Source: Bacteroidales bacterium
Lineage (GTDB): Bacteria; Bacteroidota; Bacteroidia; Bacteroidales; JAAUTT01
NCBI GenBank assembly: GCA_025361285.1
Contig: JANYAP010000022.1
Span: 255 to 64,254, forward strand
Direction: 5' to 3'
DNA: 64,000 nucleotides
Shown: piece by piece, positions 25,882-36,600 of the stretch
Layout of the letters: every line of letters starts with the position of its first letter
Position numbering within the stretch: position 1 is the first letter of the stretch
Position numbers and translations under genes: made by a program
Notes under the pieces: generated by a model
Told to the model about the DNA's origin: nothing
Database searches by the model: none
Seen by the model: the letters and a program-made list of their open reading frames with translations, nothing else

Positions 25882-26388
25882 TTAAAAACTGTTATCTGTT
25901 TTGAAATTTCGCTCAGTAACTAAAACTTCGGGCGTATTCTTTATTGTCTGTTCAAGTTCTTTGGTTGTTTTTTGAAAATCTTCCGATTGATAGAAAGTAT
26001 AATACGATTGTTCAATGTCGGTAACCGAAGCAAGATTAAACAATGTAAAATCCATATATTTAATGTTTATCTCTTTGGCATATTTTATCAATAATGGCAT
26101 GAGGATATAGTTTTCTTTGGTAACAACCATATTCAACATGACATCAGTGCCAGTATTCTTCGTTATTTTTGAAAGGGCTCGAAGATTTTTGTCCAATATT
26201 TTGAAATCCGATTTTTTACGAATCTTTTCGTAAATATCTTCAAGCCCATCTATGGCGTGCGCTATGCATGAGCAGCGTGAACACTTGCAAATAAGCTCGA
26301 GAAAAAGTCGAAAAAATACAAATTTAATTTCAACTTTCAATGAGGCATACAGTATGTGTGATTTCGGATGCTTTTCTTTAGAAATCAT
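25882..26388 (-). pseudogene. possible remnant of a radical-SAM/SPASM-type gene
   Basis: The 168-aa ORF has a middle section resembling the TIM-barrel part of radical SAM maturases (VMLNMVVTKENY..LIKYAKEINIKYMDF). There is no CxxxCxxC motif, the N-terminus looks like nonsense, and 230-bp and 130-bp non-coding stretches flank it. Confidence 0.25.
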
Positions 26389-26515
26389 AGATGTAGTTGA
26401 TTCAGTAAGCTGCCTGCATTTTCAAACCGTGACAATTCGTTACCGTTTCATTTCCTTCTTTCTTTTACCCATAAACGCTTCAAAATATTTTAGTTTGAAT
26501 AATTATTATATTTTT

Positions 26516-26523
26516 TATATTTG
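26516..26523 (+). promoter_or_regulatory. -7 box TATATTTG
   Basis: Matches TAnnTTTG and overlaps the tracked TTG start at 26521. This argues for the downstream start at 26554. Confidence 0.4.
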
Positions 26524-26553
26524 CTAACCATTGAAACCTACAACTTTTTTATT

Positions 26554-29500
26554 TTGTTTTACTTCAGACCATATATAAAAATATACATAGTTGTTTTATT
26601 ATCAACTATTTGGGCGAGTAGCGTAAATTCGCAATCTTCTATATCGGGCATTATAAATTCCTATGCCGAAGTGAAAAGTGTTAACCAAACTACTAGGGAT
26701 CGGGTTGTTGTTGATAATTTGTCCTTATTTAAGAAACTCGATACGGTTTTAATTATTCAAATGAAAGGTGCTGTTATAGACACACTTAACGATCATCGAT
26801 TAATTGCGCCAATAAACAGTGCGGGAAAGTACGAATTTATTCAGGTTGAGGATACAATAGGCTCAACTGTAATTTTTACTGACAAGTTTTTAAACAAATA
26901 CGATAATGGCGAAGCCATTCAGCTTGTAAAAGTGCGGAGTTATAATACTGTAAAAGTTGCATCCTTATTAACCTGCCTGCCTTGGGATGGTAAAAAAGGC
27001 GGAATAGTTGCGTTTTTTGCCGAGGACACATTAATATTGGATGCCGATATTGATGTTTCGGGGAAAGGCTTTTTGGGAGCTAGTCCTATTAGGTACGATG
27101 GCAGTTGCGATTTTGGGGAAAGATATTATGCCGATATGGTTGCAGGCAAAAAGGGAGAAGGCATTGTTGGTAAGTATTTTAATAAAAATTATGGTGTAGG
27201 TTTTCTTGCAAACGGCGGCGGCGGTGGTAACGGCAAATATGCTGGCGGCGGTGGCGGCGGCGGTTTTGGCGAGGGTGGTGGTGGAAATAGAATGACATTA
27301 CTTTGCCCCGACGAATCGAATAAAACTGGCGGAGAACCTGGAATAGGTTTTTCGGCTAGTTTAGATTATTATAATGGCGCTGACTACGAACATAGAGATA
27401 GAATATTTTTTGGTGGTGGTGGCGGAAGTGGTACATACCCCGATGGAGCTGTGTCGTCTAAAGGTGGGAATGGTGGTGGCATAGTGTTTATTATTGCTCG
27501 TAATTTTATCCCTAACAATTATGTAATTAAGGCCAACGGCGAAAGTGTTATTATTCCATCAACCAACAATGCCGGTACTGGTGGTGGTGGTGGTGGTGGA
27601 AATATCTCAATTTATTCAGAAAAAATTGAAGGTACGTTTAAAGCCGAAGTTAAAGGCGGTAGCGGTGGCGGTAATACTAAAAACGAAATTGCCGATTATT
27701 GCTCAGGACAAGGTGGTGGCGGTGGTGGCGGTCTTATTTGGTTTACAGCTTCAAAGTCGGATATTATCGATAGCACTTTTTTAACCGAGGGCGGAAAATC
27801 GGGCGATTACCGATCGGCTACTAGTTGTGGCTTAAATAGTAACCCTGGTACACAAGGAAATTCTTTACGAGGATTAATGCCTGTTCTTAATGGTTTTTTG
27901 TATAATGTTATTAACGAGCCACATACCATTTGCTACGGACAACCTTCCCTCCCAATTGTTGGAAGTAATCCTCGTGGCGGGAACGGTATATATGCTTATA
28001 AATGGATCAAACGAAAGTATAATGTTAAGGGGTGGGAATTGATAGACGGTGCTTTGAATAAAGACTACACTGCTCCAGCCCTTTACGATACTACTATATT
28101 TCGACGTATTGTTTCCACATCGAAGATAAATTCCGAGGGCGCAACTATAATAATGACCGATTCTTCTAAAGCGTTGCAAGTTAATGTTATACCTCAAATA
28201 ATAAACAATAAAATTAATCCTAATTACACCGAAATTTGTTCAGGGCAACCAGCAGTTAACCTTATTGGTGAAATTGCATCACGTCAAGGAGGCACGGTAG
28301 CTTATTCATGGCAAACCCAAAAACCTCGCTATCAGGCAATTGATGTAAATTCCGTAGAAAAAGATTATTCTCAAACATTCAATACGGCTACAAATGTTAG
28401 CGATACAACGTATTATTACCGAACAGCAACATCGTTGTTCTGTAAGGTTACCGATAAAGCTACTATTATTGTGCATCCTGTGCTTACAAACAACTCCATT
28501 TCGGTAAACTTGGTTAAAAGCTATATGCAAGAAATTTGCAGTGGTTTGGTTCCTAAACAAATTGATGGCACAACTCCACTAGGCGGTAAGGCTGGGCAAT
28601 ATATTTATAGTTGGGAAAAAAGTTCCGATACCACAAATTGGTCGTTACTAGCAGATAGTTCATTCCAAAACCTTAATTTTGGGTCGTTAATCGATACAAC
28701 CTACTACAGACGAATTGTATCGTCGGGCTTAAACAATGTTTGTACCAATATTACTAATGCTTTTTTGATAAGTGTTCTTCCTAAAATCGACAATAATACT
28801 ATAACATCCTCTCAATCATTTATTTGTGAAGAAACTGCACCCAAACCATTTGTAAATTCTTTGCCAACTGGTGGGAATAATATATTTGTTTATCAATGGA
28901 TTAAAAGCCAAAATGGTGAATCTGATTGGGATTCTATCTTAAGCACATCCGACCGCGAAAAATACCCGAATAATAGATTAAGTGTGCCTACATCGTACAA
29001 AAGAGTTGTAAGATCAGGGTTATACGATTGTTGCATCGATACTAGCGAAGTAACTGTAACATTCTCAATTCAACCTAAATTCCGAAACGGACTAATTTCG
29101 CCCGATACAACCATTTGCACTAAACAACAACCAAATAAGATAGGGCCACGGCATAAAAACATACTTTCTGGCGGAAAACTTCCGTATAAATATCAATGGT
29201 ATAGCCGAATAGATAAAAGTAACACGTGGTCGTTATCAGCTTCCGATTCGGTGTTACAGCCTGTTATACTGAAAGATACATCGTATTTCAGAAGGATAGT
29301 ATTTTCTTCCGATTCCGTTTGTAGCGACACTGCAAATATGATAGTTAACGTTTTGCCCTCTATAAAAAATAATATTATAGAAGGCGAAAATGCTGTTTGT
29401 AACGATTCAACTCTTGCTCAAATAAACGGCGATAAATCGTTGGGGGGTGGTAATATGGAATATCGTTACGTTTGGGATTATAAAGCCGCAAACGAAAGCT

Positions 29501-30249
29501 GGAAATCAACTCAGGTTACCTCGGCAAATTATCCTGCCACTATATTTAATTCCGTAACCGACTCAATAATAACTACATTCAGACGAACTGTATATTCAGG
29601 TCTTCACGATTGTTGTGTAGATACTTCTGCCGTACACGATGTTGAGGTTTTTGCCCGTCCAATTTCGGGTGGCGCACTTATCGACACTTCTGTTGTGTTC
29701 AACTTTACATATAACCTTAAAGCTCCTAAACCTATACTCGGTCGCGGCGTATGGACAATTGTCGGTTACGATATTCAACCTGTACACGAAACCGAAACTA
29801 CTGCTACCGTAACTTTACCCGACCCCGACTTGAAATACGGTATCTATTGGGTTATAACCACTAACAAGGTTTGCCCAAGTTTAATCGATTCCTTTGCCAT
29901 AACTATAAAGGATATTAAGCGCTATAATGGTTTCTCGCCCAATGGCGACCAAAAAAACGATTACTTTATAATAAGCGGCTTGCAGAACCTAAAGGAAAAC
30001 GGCGACTTTTGGGAACTTAAAATACTAAACCGCTGGGGAGGCTTAGTGTATTCGGCCGATATTAATAATAACCGACTTAAGGATTTGGCTGATGATATGC
30101 CTTATACCGAAATTGGGATTCCTCTTTGGGATGGCAAAAATATAAATGCCGAAGATGTGGCAGAAGACACTTATTATTATGTATTAACAGTTTTTAAAAA
30201 AAATGACAAACCTCGCGATTATAAAGGGTTTGTAGTTATGAAGCGATAA
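26554..30249 (+). CDS. giant T9SS type-B (gliding-motility-associated C-terminal domain) cargo protein with a Gly-rich region and Cys-bracketed repeats
   Basis: The C-terminus (YNGFSPNGDQKNDYFIISGL...LKILNRWGGLVY...WDGKN...DTYYYVL) is the type-B/CHU_C sorting domain. There are about 7 repeats of ~90 aa with C..GG...Y.Y.W....YRR signatures, and poly-Gly stretches at nt ~27210-27740. The start is uncertain (TTG at 26554 gives a plausible signal peptide). Confidence 0.85.
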   Translation: MFYFRPYIKIYIVVLLSTIWASSVNSQSSISGIINSYAEVKSVNQTTRDRVVVDNLSLFKKLDTVLIIQMKGAVIDTLNDHRLIAPINSAGKYEFIQVEDTIGSTVIFTDKFLNKYDNGEAIQLVKVRSYNTVKVASLLTCLPWDGKKGGIVAFFAEDTLILDADIDVSGKGFLGASPIRYDGSCDFGERYYADMVAGKKGEGIVGKYFNKNYGVGFLANGGGGGNGKYAGGGGGGGFGEGGGGNRMTLLCPDESNKTGGEPGIGFSASLDYYNGADYEHRDRIFFGGGGGSGTYPDGAVSSKGGNGGGIVFIIARNFIPNNYVIKANGESVIIPSTNNAGTGGGGGGGNISIYSEKIEGTFKAEVKGGSGGGNTKNEIADYCSGQGGGGGGGLIWFTASKSDIIDSTFLTEGGKSGDYRSATSCGLNSNPGTQGNSLRGLMPVLNGFLYNVINEPHTICYGQPSLPIVGSNPRGGNGIYAYKWIKRKYNVKGWELIDGALNKDYTAPALYDTTIFRRIVSTSKINSEGATIIMTDSSKALQVNVIPQIINNKINPNYTEICSGQPAVNLIGEIASRQGGTVAYSWQTQKPRYQAIDVNSVEKDYSQTFNTATNVSDTTYYYRTATSLFCKVTDKATIIVHPVLTNNSISVNLVKSYMQEICSGLVPKQIDGTTPLGGKAGQYIYSWEKSSDTTNWSLLADSSFQNLNFGSLIDTTYYRRIVSSGLNNVCTNITNAFLISVLPKIDNNTITSSQSFICEETAPKPFVNSLPTGGNNIFVYQWIKSQNGESDWDSILSTSDREKYPNNRLSVPTSYKRVVRSGLYDCCIDTSEVTVTFSIQPKFRNGLISPDTTICTKQQPNKIGPRHKNILSGGKLPYKYQWYSRIDKSNTWSLSASDSVLQPVILKDTSYFRRIVFSSDSVCSDTANMIVNVLPSIKNNIIEGENAVCNDSTLAQINGDKSLGGGNMEYRYVWDYKAANESWKSTQVTSANYPATIFNSVTDSIITTFRRTVYSGLHDCCVDTSAVHDVEVFARPISGGALIDTSVVFNFTYNLKAPKPILGRGVWTIVGYDIQPVHETETTATVTLPDPDLKYGIYWVITTNKVCPSLIDSFAITIKDIKRYNGFSPNGDQKNDYFIISGLQNLKENGDFWELKILNRWGGLVYSADINNNRLKDLADDMPYTEIGIPLWDGKNINAEDVAEDTYYYVLTVFKKNDKPRDYKGFVVMKR

Positions 30250-30250
30250 T

Positions 30251-31168
30251 ATGCGATATTTAATCTTTATAGTGTTGTTTTTTTGTTCGTTACAAACTAA
30301 CGCGCAACATTTTCCTATTTATAGCCAATACATGATGAATGGAATGGCTATAAATCCTGCTTATACAGGCAGTAGGGAAGTTGTAAGTTTGTTATTTACA
30401 CAGCGTTGGCAGTGGGTGGGTTTCGATGGTGCTCCTTCAACAACCGCAATTAGTGGACACATGCCTACAAAAAGCAAAAATGTTGCGTTTGGCATTCAAT
30501 TTATCGACGATAAATATGGTGTAACCAATAATATGAGCGTTTTCGGAAACTATGCTTATCGATTTAGGCTTGGTTCGGGTCGGCTATCGCTTGGGCTTAA
30601 AGCTGGCGTTAATGTTAAGAGCGATAATTTGCGAAAACTCAATTTACCACAAAACTTCGATACACCATTTGATAATACTGAAGCTATTTATCTTCCAAAT
30701 TTCGGCTTTGGAGCTTATTATTATAACAACAAGTTCTTTACTGGTTTGTCGATACCAACACTATTAAGCTACCACGAAGAGAGCTCGGGTAATGGCTTTA
30801 AACCATATAGTAGTATAAATAGTTACAATTTTCTGCTTACTGGAGGGGTTATTTTTAGAGTGACCGATAACTTCAAAATTAAACCATCAACATTGTTACG
30901 TTATCGATATTTCTCGCCTGCACAATACGATTTAAATTGTAACTTTATATTATTTAAGGACGATTTACTCTGGCTTGGAGCTTCTTATCGATCGAAAGAA
31001 GCAATTGTAGGTATGTTCGAATTTCAAATAAATACACAATGGCGGCTTGGGTATTCGTACGATTACACCATAGGCTCGTTCGCAAAAGCTAGTAGCGGTT
31101 CGCACGAGGTAACGCTTCGATACGAATTACGATATAAAATTAATGCTATTAATCCTCGGTATTTTTAG
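30251..31168 (+). CDS. PorP/SprF-family type IX secretion outer-membrane protein
   Basis: 305 aa with a signal peptide, then QHFPIYSQYMMNGMAINPAYTGS, RWQWVGFDGAP and a terminal aromatic residue. It sits 1 nt after the type-B cargo gene. Confidence 0.9.
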   Translation: MRYLIFIVLFFCSLQTNAQHFPIYSQYMMNGMAINPAYTGSREVVSLLFTQRWQWVGFDGAPSTTAISGHMPTKSKNVAFGIQFIDDKYGVTNNMSVFGNYAYRFRLGSGRLSLGLKAGVNVKSDNLRKLNLPQNFDTPFDNTEAIYLPNFGFGAYYYNNKFFTGLSIPTLLSYHEESSGNGFKPYSSINSYNFLLTGGVIFRVTDNFKIKPSTLLRYRYFSPAQYDLNCNFILFKDDLLWLGASYRSKEAIVGMFEFQINTQWRLGYSYDYTIGSFAKASSGSHEVTLRYELRYKINAINPRYF

Positions 31169-31185
31169 GTTAAACGACAGTATAA

Positions 31186-32595
31186 ATGATTAAGTATTTA
31201 TTAATTAGCTTATTATTAATTTTAGCTCCATTTAGAGCAATTATTGCTCAGGAACTTTACGTGGTTTCGTCGCCAGCTTTTAATACGCGCGAGTACGACG
31301 AATTTGCTGCCGTTCCCTATAAAGATGGTGTGGTTTTTTGCACCAACCGACCTCAAAGTGCTTTTGCTATACGAACCGACTCGTCGGGCAAACCATTGAA
31401 CGACTTATACTTCGCAAAAAAAACAGGCGATAAGTGGGAACGAAACCCTAGAGTATTTTCAAAAGAACTAAACTCGAAATATCACGAAGGCCCAATGACC
31501 TTTAATAAGGAAGGTACTGCAATATACTTTACCCTCGGCGAAACGGTTACCGAAGGTATTTATACGGCCAACTATACTGGTAACAAATGGAGCGAAATAA
31601 TGCCATTCCCGTTTAACGAAACGGTTTCGAAATGCGCACAACCTTGCCTTAGTGCCGATGGTACGAAGCTCTTTTTTGCCTCCAACCGACGTGGTGGTAG
31701 CGGTAAATTCGATTTGTACGTTTGCCTTTGGAACCGCAACCAATGGGGTCGCCCCAAAAATTTAGGATCCGAAATAAACTCAACCGCCGACGACAAATAC
31801 CCCTTTTATCACAAAAACGGTAAGCTTTATTTTGCATCGAACCGAACAGGCGGAGTTGGAGGTTTCGATATTTATTTTAGTCGCGAGATTGAGGGTAAAT
31901 GGACTATCCCTCAGTTGGTTGCCGAACCAATAAATTCTTCGAAGGACGATTTTGCATTCTATTCAGATAGTATTGATAGACACGGATATTTTTCATCCGA
32001 TAGAGCAAACCGATACAGGGTTGCCGATATTTTGGAGTTTACGTTTAATTTTCCTGTTATTGATAGTGCTCAAATTCAGGAAACTAACAGTTATACATTT
32101 CTGCTAAGCGAACCTAGTTCAATGAATATCGATACAACATCGTTTAAATACGAATGGGAATTTGGTGATGGAACTAAACATCTGGGCAAAGAACTCGAAA
32201 TTGAGCATACTTATGCTGCTACGGGCGACTATAATATTAAACTTAATATTATCGATACAATCACAAATACGGTGCAGGAAAACAAATTGTCAACCCTTCT
32301 GGAAGTTCGCGATATTGAACAGCCATATATCACTTGCCCCGACACTTCGCTTGTTGGAGTCGAAATTTTATTCGATGCATCGAAAACTAATCTTCCTAAT
32401 TTTACAATTGCTAACTATTATTGGGATTTTGGCGACGATCATATTGCTTTAGGTAAGGAAGTTAAGCATATATATACCGAAGCTGGAGTTTATAAAGTTA
32501 CTCTTACGATAACCTCCGTGCCCGATTCTAATAATAAAATCAATACTGAAACACGTTTTCGTCAACTTGTAGTTAAAAAGGCAACTTCTAATTAA
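31186..32595 (+). CDS. secreted PD40 (TolB-like WD40-like) repeat protein with two PKD domains
   Basis: 469 aa with repeated YFT/FFASNR..G..G.FD(L/I)Y motifs and two PKD signatures (WEFGDGT...HTYAATGDYNIKL and WDFGDD...HIYTEAGVYKVTL). Confidence 0.8.
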   Translation: MIKYLLISLLLILAPFRAIIAQELYVVSSPAFNTREYDEFAAVPYKDGVVFCTNRPQSAFAIRTDSSGKPLNDLYFAKKTGDKWERNPRVFSKELNSKYHEGPMTFNKEGTAIYFTLGETVTEGIYTANYTGNKWSEIMPFPFNETVSKCAQPCLSADGTKLFFASNRRGGSGKFDLYVCLWNRNQWGRPKNLGSEINSTADDKYPFYHKNGKLYFASNRTGGVGGFDIYFSREIEGKWTIPQLVAEPINSSKDDFAFYSDSIDRHGYFSSDRANRYRVADILEFTFNFPVIDSAQIQETNSYTFLLSEPSSMNIDTTSFKYEWEFGDGTKHLGKELEIEHTYAATGDYNIKLNIIDTITNTVQENKLSTLLEVRDIEQPYITCPDTSLVGVEILFDASKTNLPNFTIANYYWDFGDDHIALGKEVKHIYTEAGVYKVTLTITSVPDSNNKINTETRFRQLVVKKATSN

Positions 32596-32688
32596 TTTTA
32601 AGCTTCAATGTCGATAAACATAATTTTTTTAGTAACTAGCATTATATTTTCACGTTGAAGGTAGTTAATTTGTAAATTTAGATGTAGA

Positions 32689-33663
32689 ATGAAACGATTA
32701 GTAATTATTTTCTTAGTTATTTTTAGCAGTTATAATATCACATATTCTCAGCCTGTACCTGGTGTCGATGAGAATATACCGTTTTTAATGACCTTTGGTC
32801 CGAAGGCCGAAAAATCGTGGGGCGACGACGATTACTCACAAGTTTTCTTTTTTCTTATCCCCGAAAACTATAAAAGCCCTATATATATTAGGGTGTACGA
32901 CCCCGATGTTGGTGGCGATGTTGATGAATTGAATGGCACATTCGATACAAAAATGAACTATTCTGTTTATGGTGGCAAATCGGCCTACTACGATCCCGAT
33001 GCTCAGGGTGTTGACCCTGTAGGAAATTACAAAAGCGGGAATATGCTTGCTTCAAAAACATTTGCTGTCGATAATAGATACGATAAAAACTGGTACACCT
33101 TTGGCCCATTTAATCCTACTGAGGGTGAGTTTACTAAAGAGTTTGGTGGTTATATTTTCAAAGTAATATGCGATGGCATTACCGGCAACGACGGGAATAT
33201 GTATCGTTACTTTCTAAGTACTTCAGGCACTGAAAACAAACCTATTGAAGGTGGCTTTGCTTTTTCTTACGAATATTCGTTCCGTATGTGGGACAATCCA
33301 AAGGAGATTTCTCACATATACCCTTATGTTGATGAACGAACCGAAGCTGTAAAAATGATGAATTTCGATTGGGATGCAGATGGTATAATTCGCGTAGTTT
33401 CAGTATCGCGTAAAGGTCAGGATTTTGAGGTTTCAAACCAAGACGAATGGAAAGAAGTGAAGTTTTCCGTTAAACCTGAAGAAAAAAAATCGTCGCTCGA
33501 TTTTCAATTCATTAAAAAACAAGGTGTTGCCGTAAAAAACAATAACGTTGTAATAAATGTTCGTAACCAATACAACGAAGTATTACGCTTTTTTACCGTT
33601 CCTATTGGCGGCGTTCCTAAATATAAATGGCAGAAAATTAATGTTAAACAGATAAAGAAATAG
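32689..33663 (+). CDS. secreted hypothetical protein
   Basis: 324 aa with a signal peptide (MKRLVIIFLVIFSSYNITYSQ). I recognise no family. Confidence 0.6.
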   Translation: MKRLVIIFLVIFSSYNITYSQPVPGVDENIPFLMTFGPKAEKSWGDDDYSQVFFFLIPENYKSPIYIRVYDPDVGGDVDELNGTFDTKMNYSVYGGKSAYYDPDAQGVDPVGNYKSGNMLASKTFAVDNRYDKNWYTFGPFNPTEGEFTKEFGGYIFKVICDGITGNDGNMYRYFLSTSGTENKPIEGGFAFSYEYSFRMWDNPKEISHIYPYVDERTEAVKMMNFDWDADGIIRVVSVSRKGQDFEVSNQDEWKEVKFSVKPEEKKSSLDFQFIKKQGVAVKNNNVVINVRNQYNEVLRFFTVPIGGVPKYKWQKINVKQIKK

Positions 33664-33685
33664 AAACCAATAATCCAGCAATCGA

Positions 33686-36600
33686 ATGAAGAAGTTATCT
33701 CTAAATCAATGGTCTATTTCGGTTCTTTTATTTATATCTTCTTTTTCGGGGCTACAAGCCCAACAATATAAGTTTCAAACCTATGGCGTACTTAACGGCA
33801 TTTGTCATCCGTTTGTATATTCGGTAAATCAAGATAAAAACGGGTTTATTTGGGCATCAACAGGAACAGGTCTATGTAGGTTCGATGGTTTTAGGTTTAC
33901 ACACACCATTAATAGTACCGATACTTTACCCGGTTCGCAAGCAGGCGTTAGCTTTAAGGCTAGTAATGGAAACCTTTGGACGGGGCATAGCGATGGAACT
34001 ATTGTTTGTTTCGACGGAAAGCACGCTCGTATATTTAAGCCCGACTCCGCACAATTTGGAAGCATCAACGACATTATTGAAGACAAGGCTGGCAACATTA
34101 TTGCAGCAAGCCAAAGCTCAGGTTTAATAATTATCGATAAAAAGCTAAACAAAACATTTGTAAATGCTCCATTCCAAGGCAAGTTGGTTTATTCATTGCT
34201 ACTTATTAATAACAACCAATTACTTGTTGGATCCGACGATGGCGTGTACATATACTCGTACGGCACTATTAATGACCAAATTAAAATGATAGGGCAGATT
34301 GATGGACTGCCACTAAGTAAAGTTACCCGCATTGTTGGTCGCCATATTAGCAAAAGTATTTGGATTTGTACCGAGGATGCTGGTATATATATGGTTACTC
34401 CAAGCGCAAATAACTCATTTATTGTCGATAATTTTGGAAGCTTGCTAAAACTCGATTTAACAAACGTGCAATCGGTTTTCGATGATAAAGACGGAAACAC
34501 TTGGATATCAACACTTGGCAAGGGTCTTTTTAAAGTATTGTCGGTAAACGGAAAAGCTATATTGAATGCAATTAACTATAACTCTGTTAATGGTTTAGGT
34601 ACCGACGACATAAAAAGTGCATTTCAGGATCGCGAAGGAAATATTTGGGTGGCTACCTATGGCAACGGATTGTCCAATCTTTTAAACGAGTCGTTTGTTA
34701 ACTACGACTTTAAAAATCAAATGCAAGGTAAAAATGTGTTGTCGGTTTGTTATAGTAACGATGGTTACTGGCTTGGAGGGGAACACGGAATACTTCATGT
34801 TAAAAAAGGTGCAGACGTATCCAGCCAATTTTATGGTGTTTCAGCTGGTTTGCCAAACGACAATATTACAGCACTTTATATCGATGAAAAAGGAACCTTG
34901 TGGATTGGAACTGATAAGAATGGCGTTTATCAAATGCCTTTTGGAACTAAACAAATTGTTAATTTTAGCCGTAGCGACAACTCTTTGGCTAATTCGGTAA
35001 ATAGCATTACCGGCAAAGGGCAAAACGTGTATATTGCCACAAAAAATGGCGTTTACAAACACAATATTTTCGATAAAAGTAAGCAGCATTTTTCCACCTC
35101 CGAGGGTCTTCCACACAACAATATCCGTCAGGTTTATATCGATTCGAAAGGAACTCCATGGGTTTCAACTCGTAGTAATATGTTAGTTGACGTTACAAAC
35201 GAAACACAGCTAATAATTAAAGGAAATGCTGGCGAGCTCGATTTTGCCGCAATTGCCGAGGATACTGACCAAAATATTTGGGCTGGTACCATCGGAAGCG
35301 GGCTGTTTAAGTTTAAAAAGGACACACTCTTTACTTTTTCGCAACGCGAAGGCCTAAAAGCCGATTATTGCTACTCGGTTACTGCCGACAAAAACGGATT
35401 TATTTGGGTGGGGCACAGGTTAGGCTTAAGCCGCATTAACACCAAAACCAATAAGATAAAGGTTTTTGGATCCGATTACATTTCGGGCGATATAAATCCA
35501 AATGCGGTTTCTATTTCCTCCGAAGGAAATATTATTTTTGGTACAACCGAAGGATTGGTTGCTTACGAACCTTCGAAAAACACTGAAGCTATTGCACCGC
35601 CAAAGGTAAATGTAACTTCGTTGACTATTAACGATAAAGCAATCGACTTGTCGGAAAAGGTTGTTTTGCCATATTCATATTCGGGTTATAGAATGAAAAT
35701 TGAGTTTATTGGTTTGAACTACAATAATCCCGATCAGGTTACTTATCAATATAAGTTAGATGGGTTCGATCAAGTGTGGTCGGAACCATCGGACAATAGA
35801 TTAGCTATTTATGGTAAATTAACCGATGGAAAGTACATATTTCAGATAAAAGCCTGCAATGGCGATGGCGTTTGTGCCGAAGTGCCATTGGTGTTCGAGC
35901 TGATTATTAGAAAACCATTTTGGAAAACGTGGTGGTTTATTGCACTGGCAATCATTTCGTTAATTGTTGGCGTTTATCTTATTATTCAAATGAGAGAACG
36001 AAAGCAGAAGGAGTTTCAAAAATATCTCGAAAGGCTTTTAGATGAGCGTACTAAGGAAGTTCGCGAACAAAAGGACGAAATAGAGGTTAAAAATCGCGAT
36101 ATTACCGACTCAATTAACTACGCCCAGCGTATTCAGGCTAGCATATTACCATCGCTACGCAAACTACAAAATATATTTACCGGCTCGTTTGTTTACTACG
36201 AGCCTCGCAATATTGTTAGTGGCGACTTTTATTGGTTCGAATTAATACCAAATTCTACCAAATTTGTAATGGTTTGTGCCGATTCCACAGGTCATGGCGT
36301 GCCTGGCGCTTTTATGTCGATAATTGGTACCACTTTGCTAAAAGATATTTTTAACAGACCCGATGTTCATCAACCATCCGATATTCTTAATCTTCTCGAC
36401 AACGAGTTGAAAATAACTTTGAATAAAAATGTTGATGGCGAACGACCTAATGATGGAATGGATATTATTGTTTGTGAGATAGATACAAAAACCTATATTG
36501 CAAAGTTTGCTTCGGCTATGCGTCCATTTATGGTTTACAAGAATGGTGAACAACTTTATTTTAAGGGAAGCCGCAGCTCCATTGGCGGACAGATGAAAGA

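Noticed and set aside
26521-26553. Tracked TTG start of the type-B cargo gene at 26521
   Set aside because: The -7 box TATATTTG (26516-26523) overlaps it. The in-frame TTG at 26554 still gives a charged n-region and a hydrophobic signal peptide.
27545-27784. 79-aa +2-frame ORF rich in Val (VVVVVV) inside the cargo gene
   Set aside because: It is an alternative-frame reading of the GGN codon runs and is fully nested in a long gene with clear domain content.
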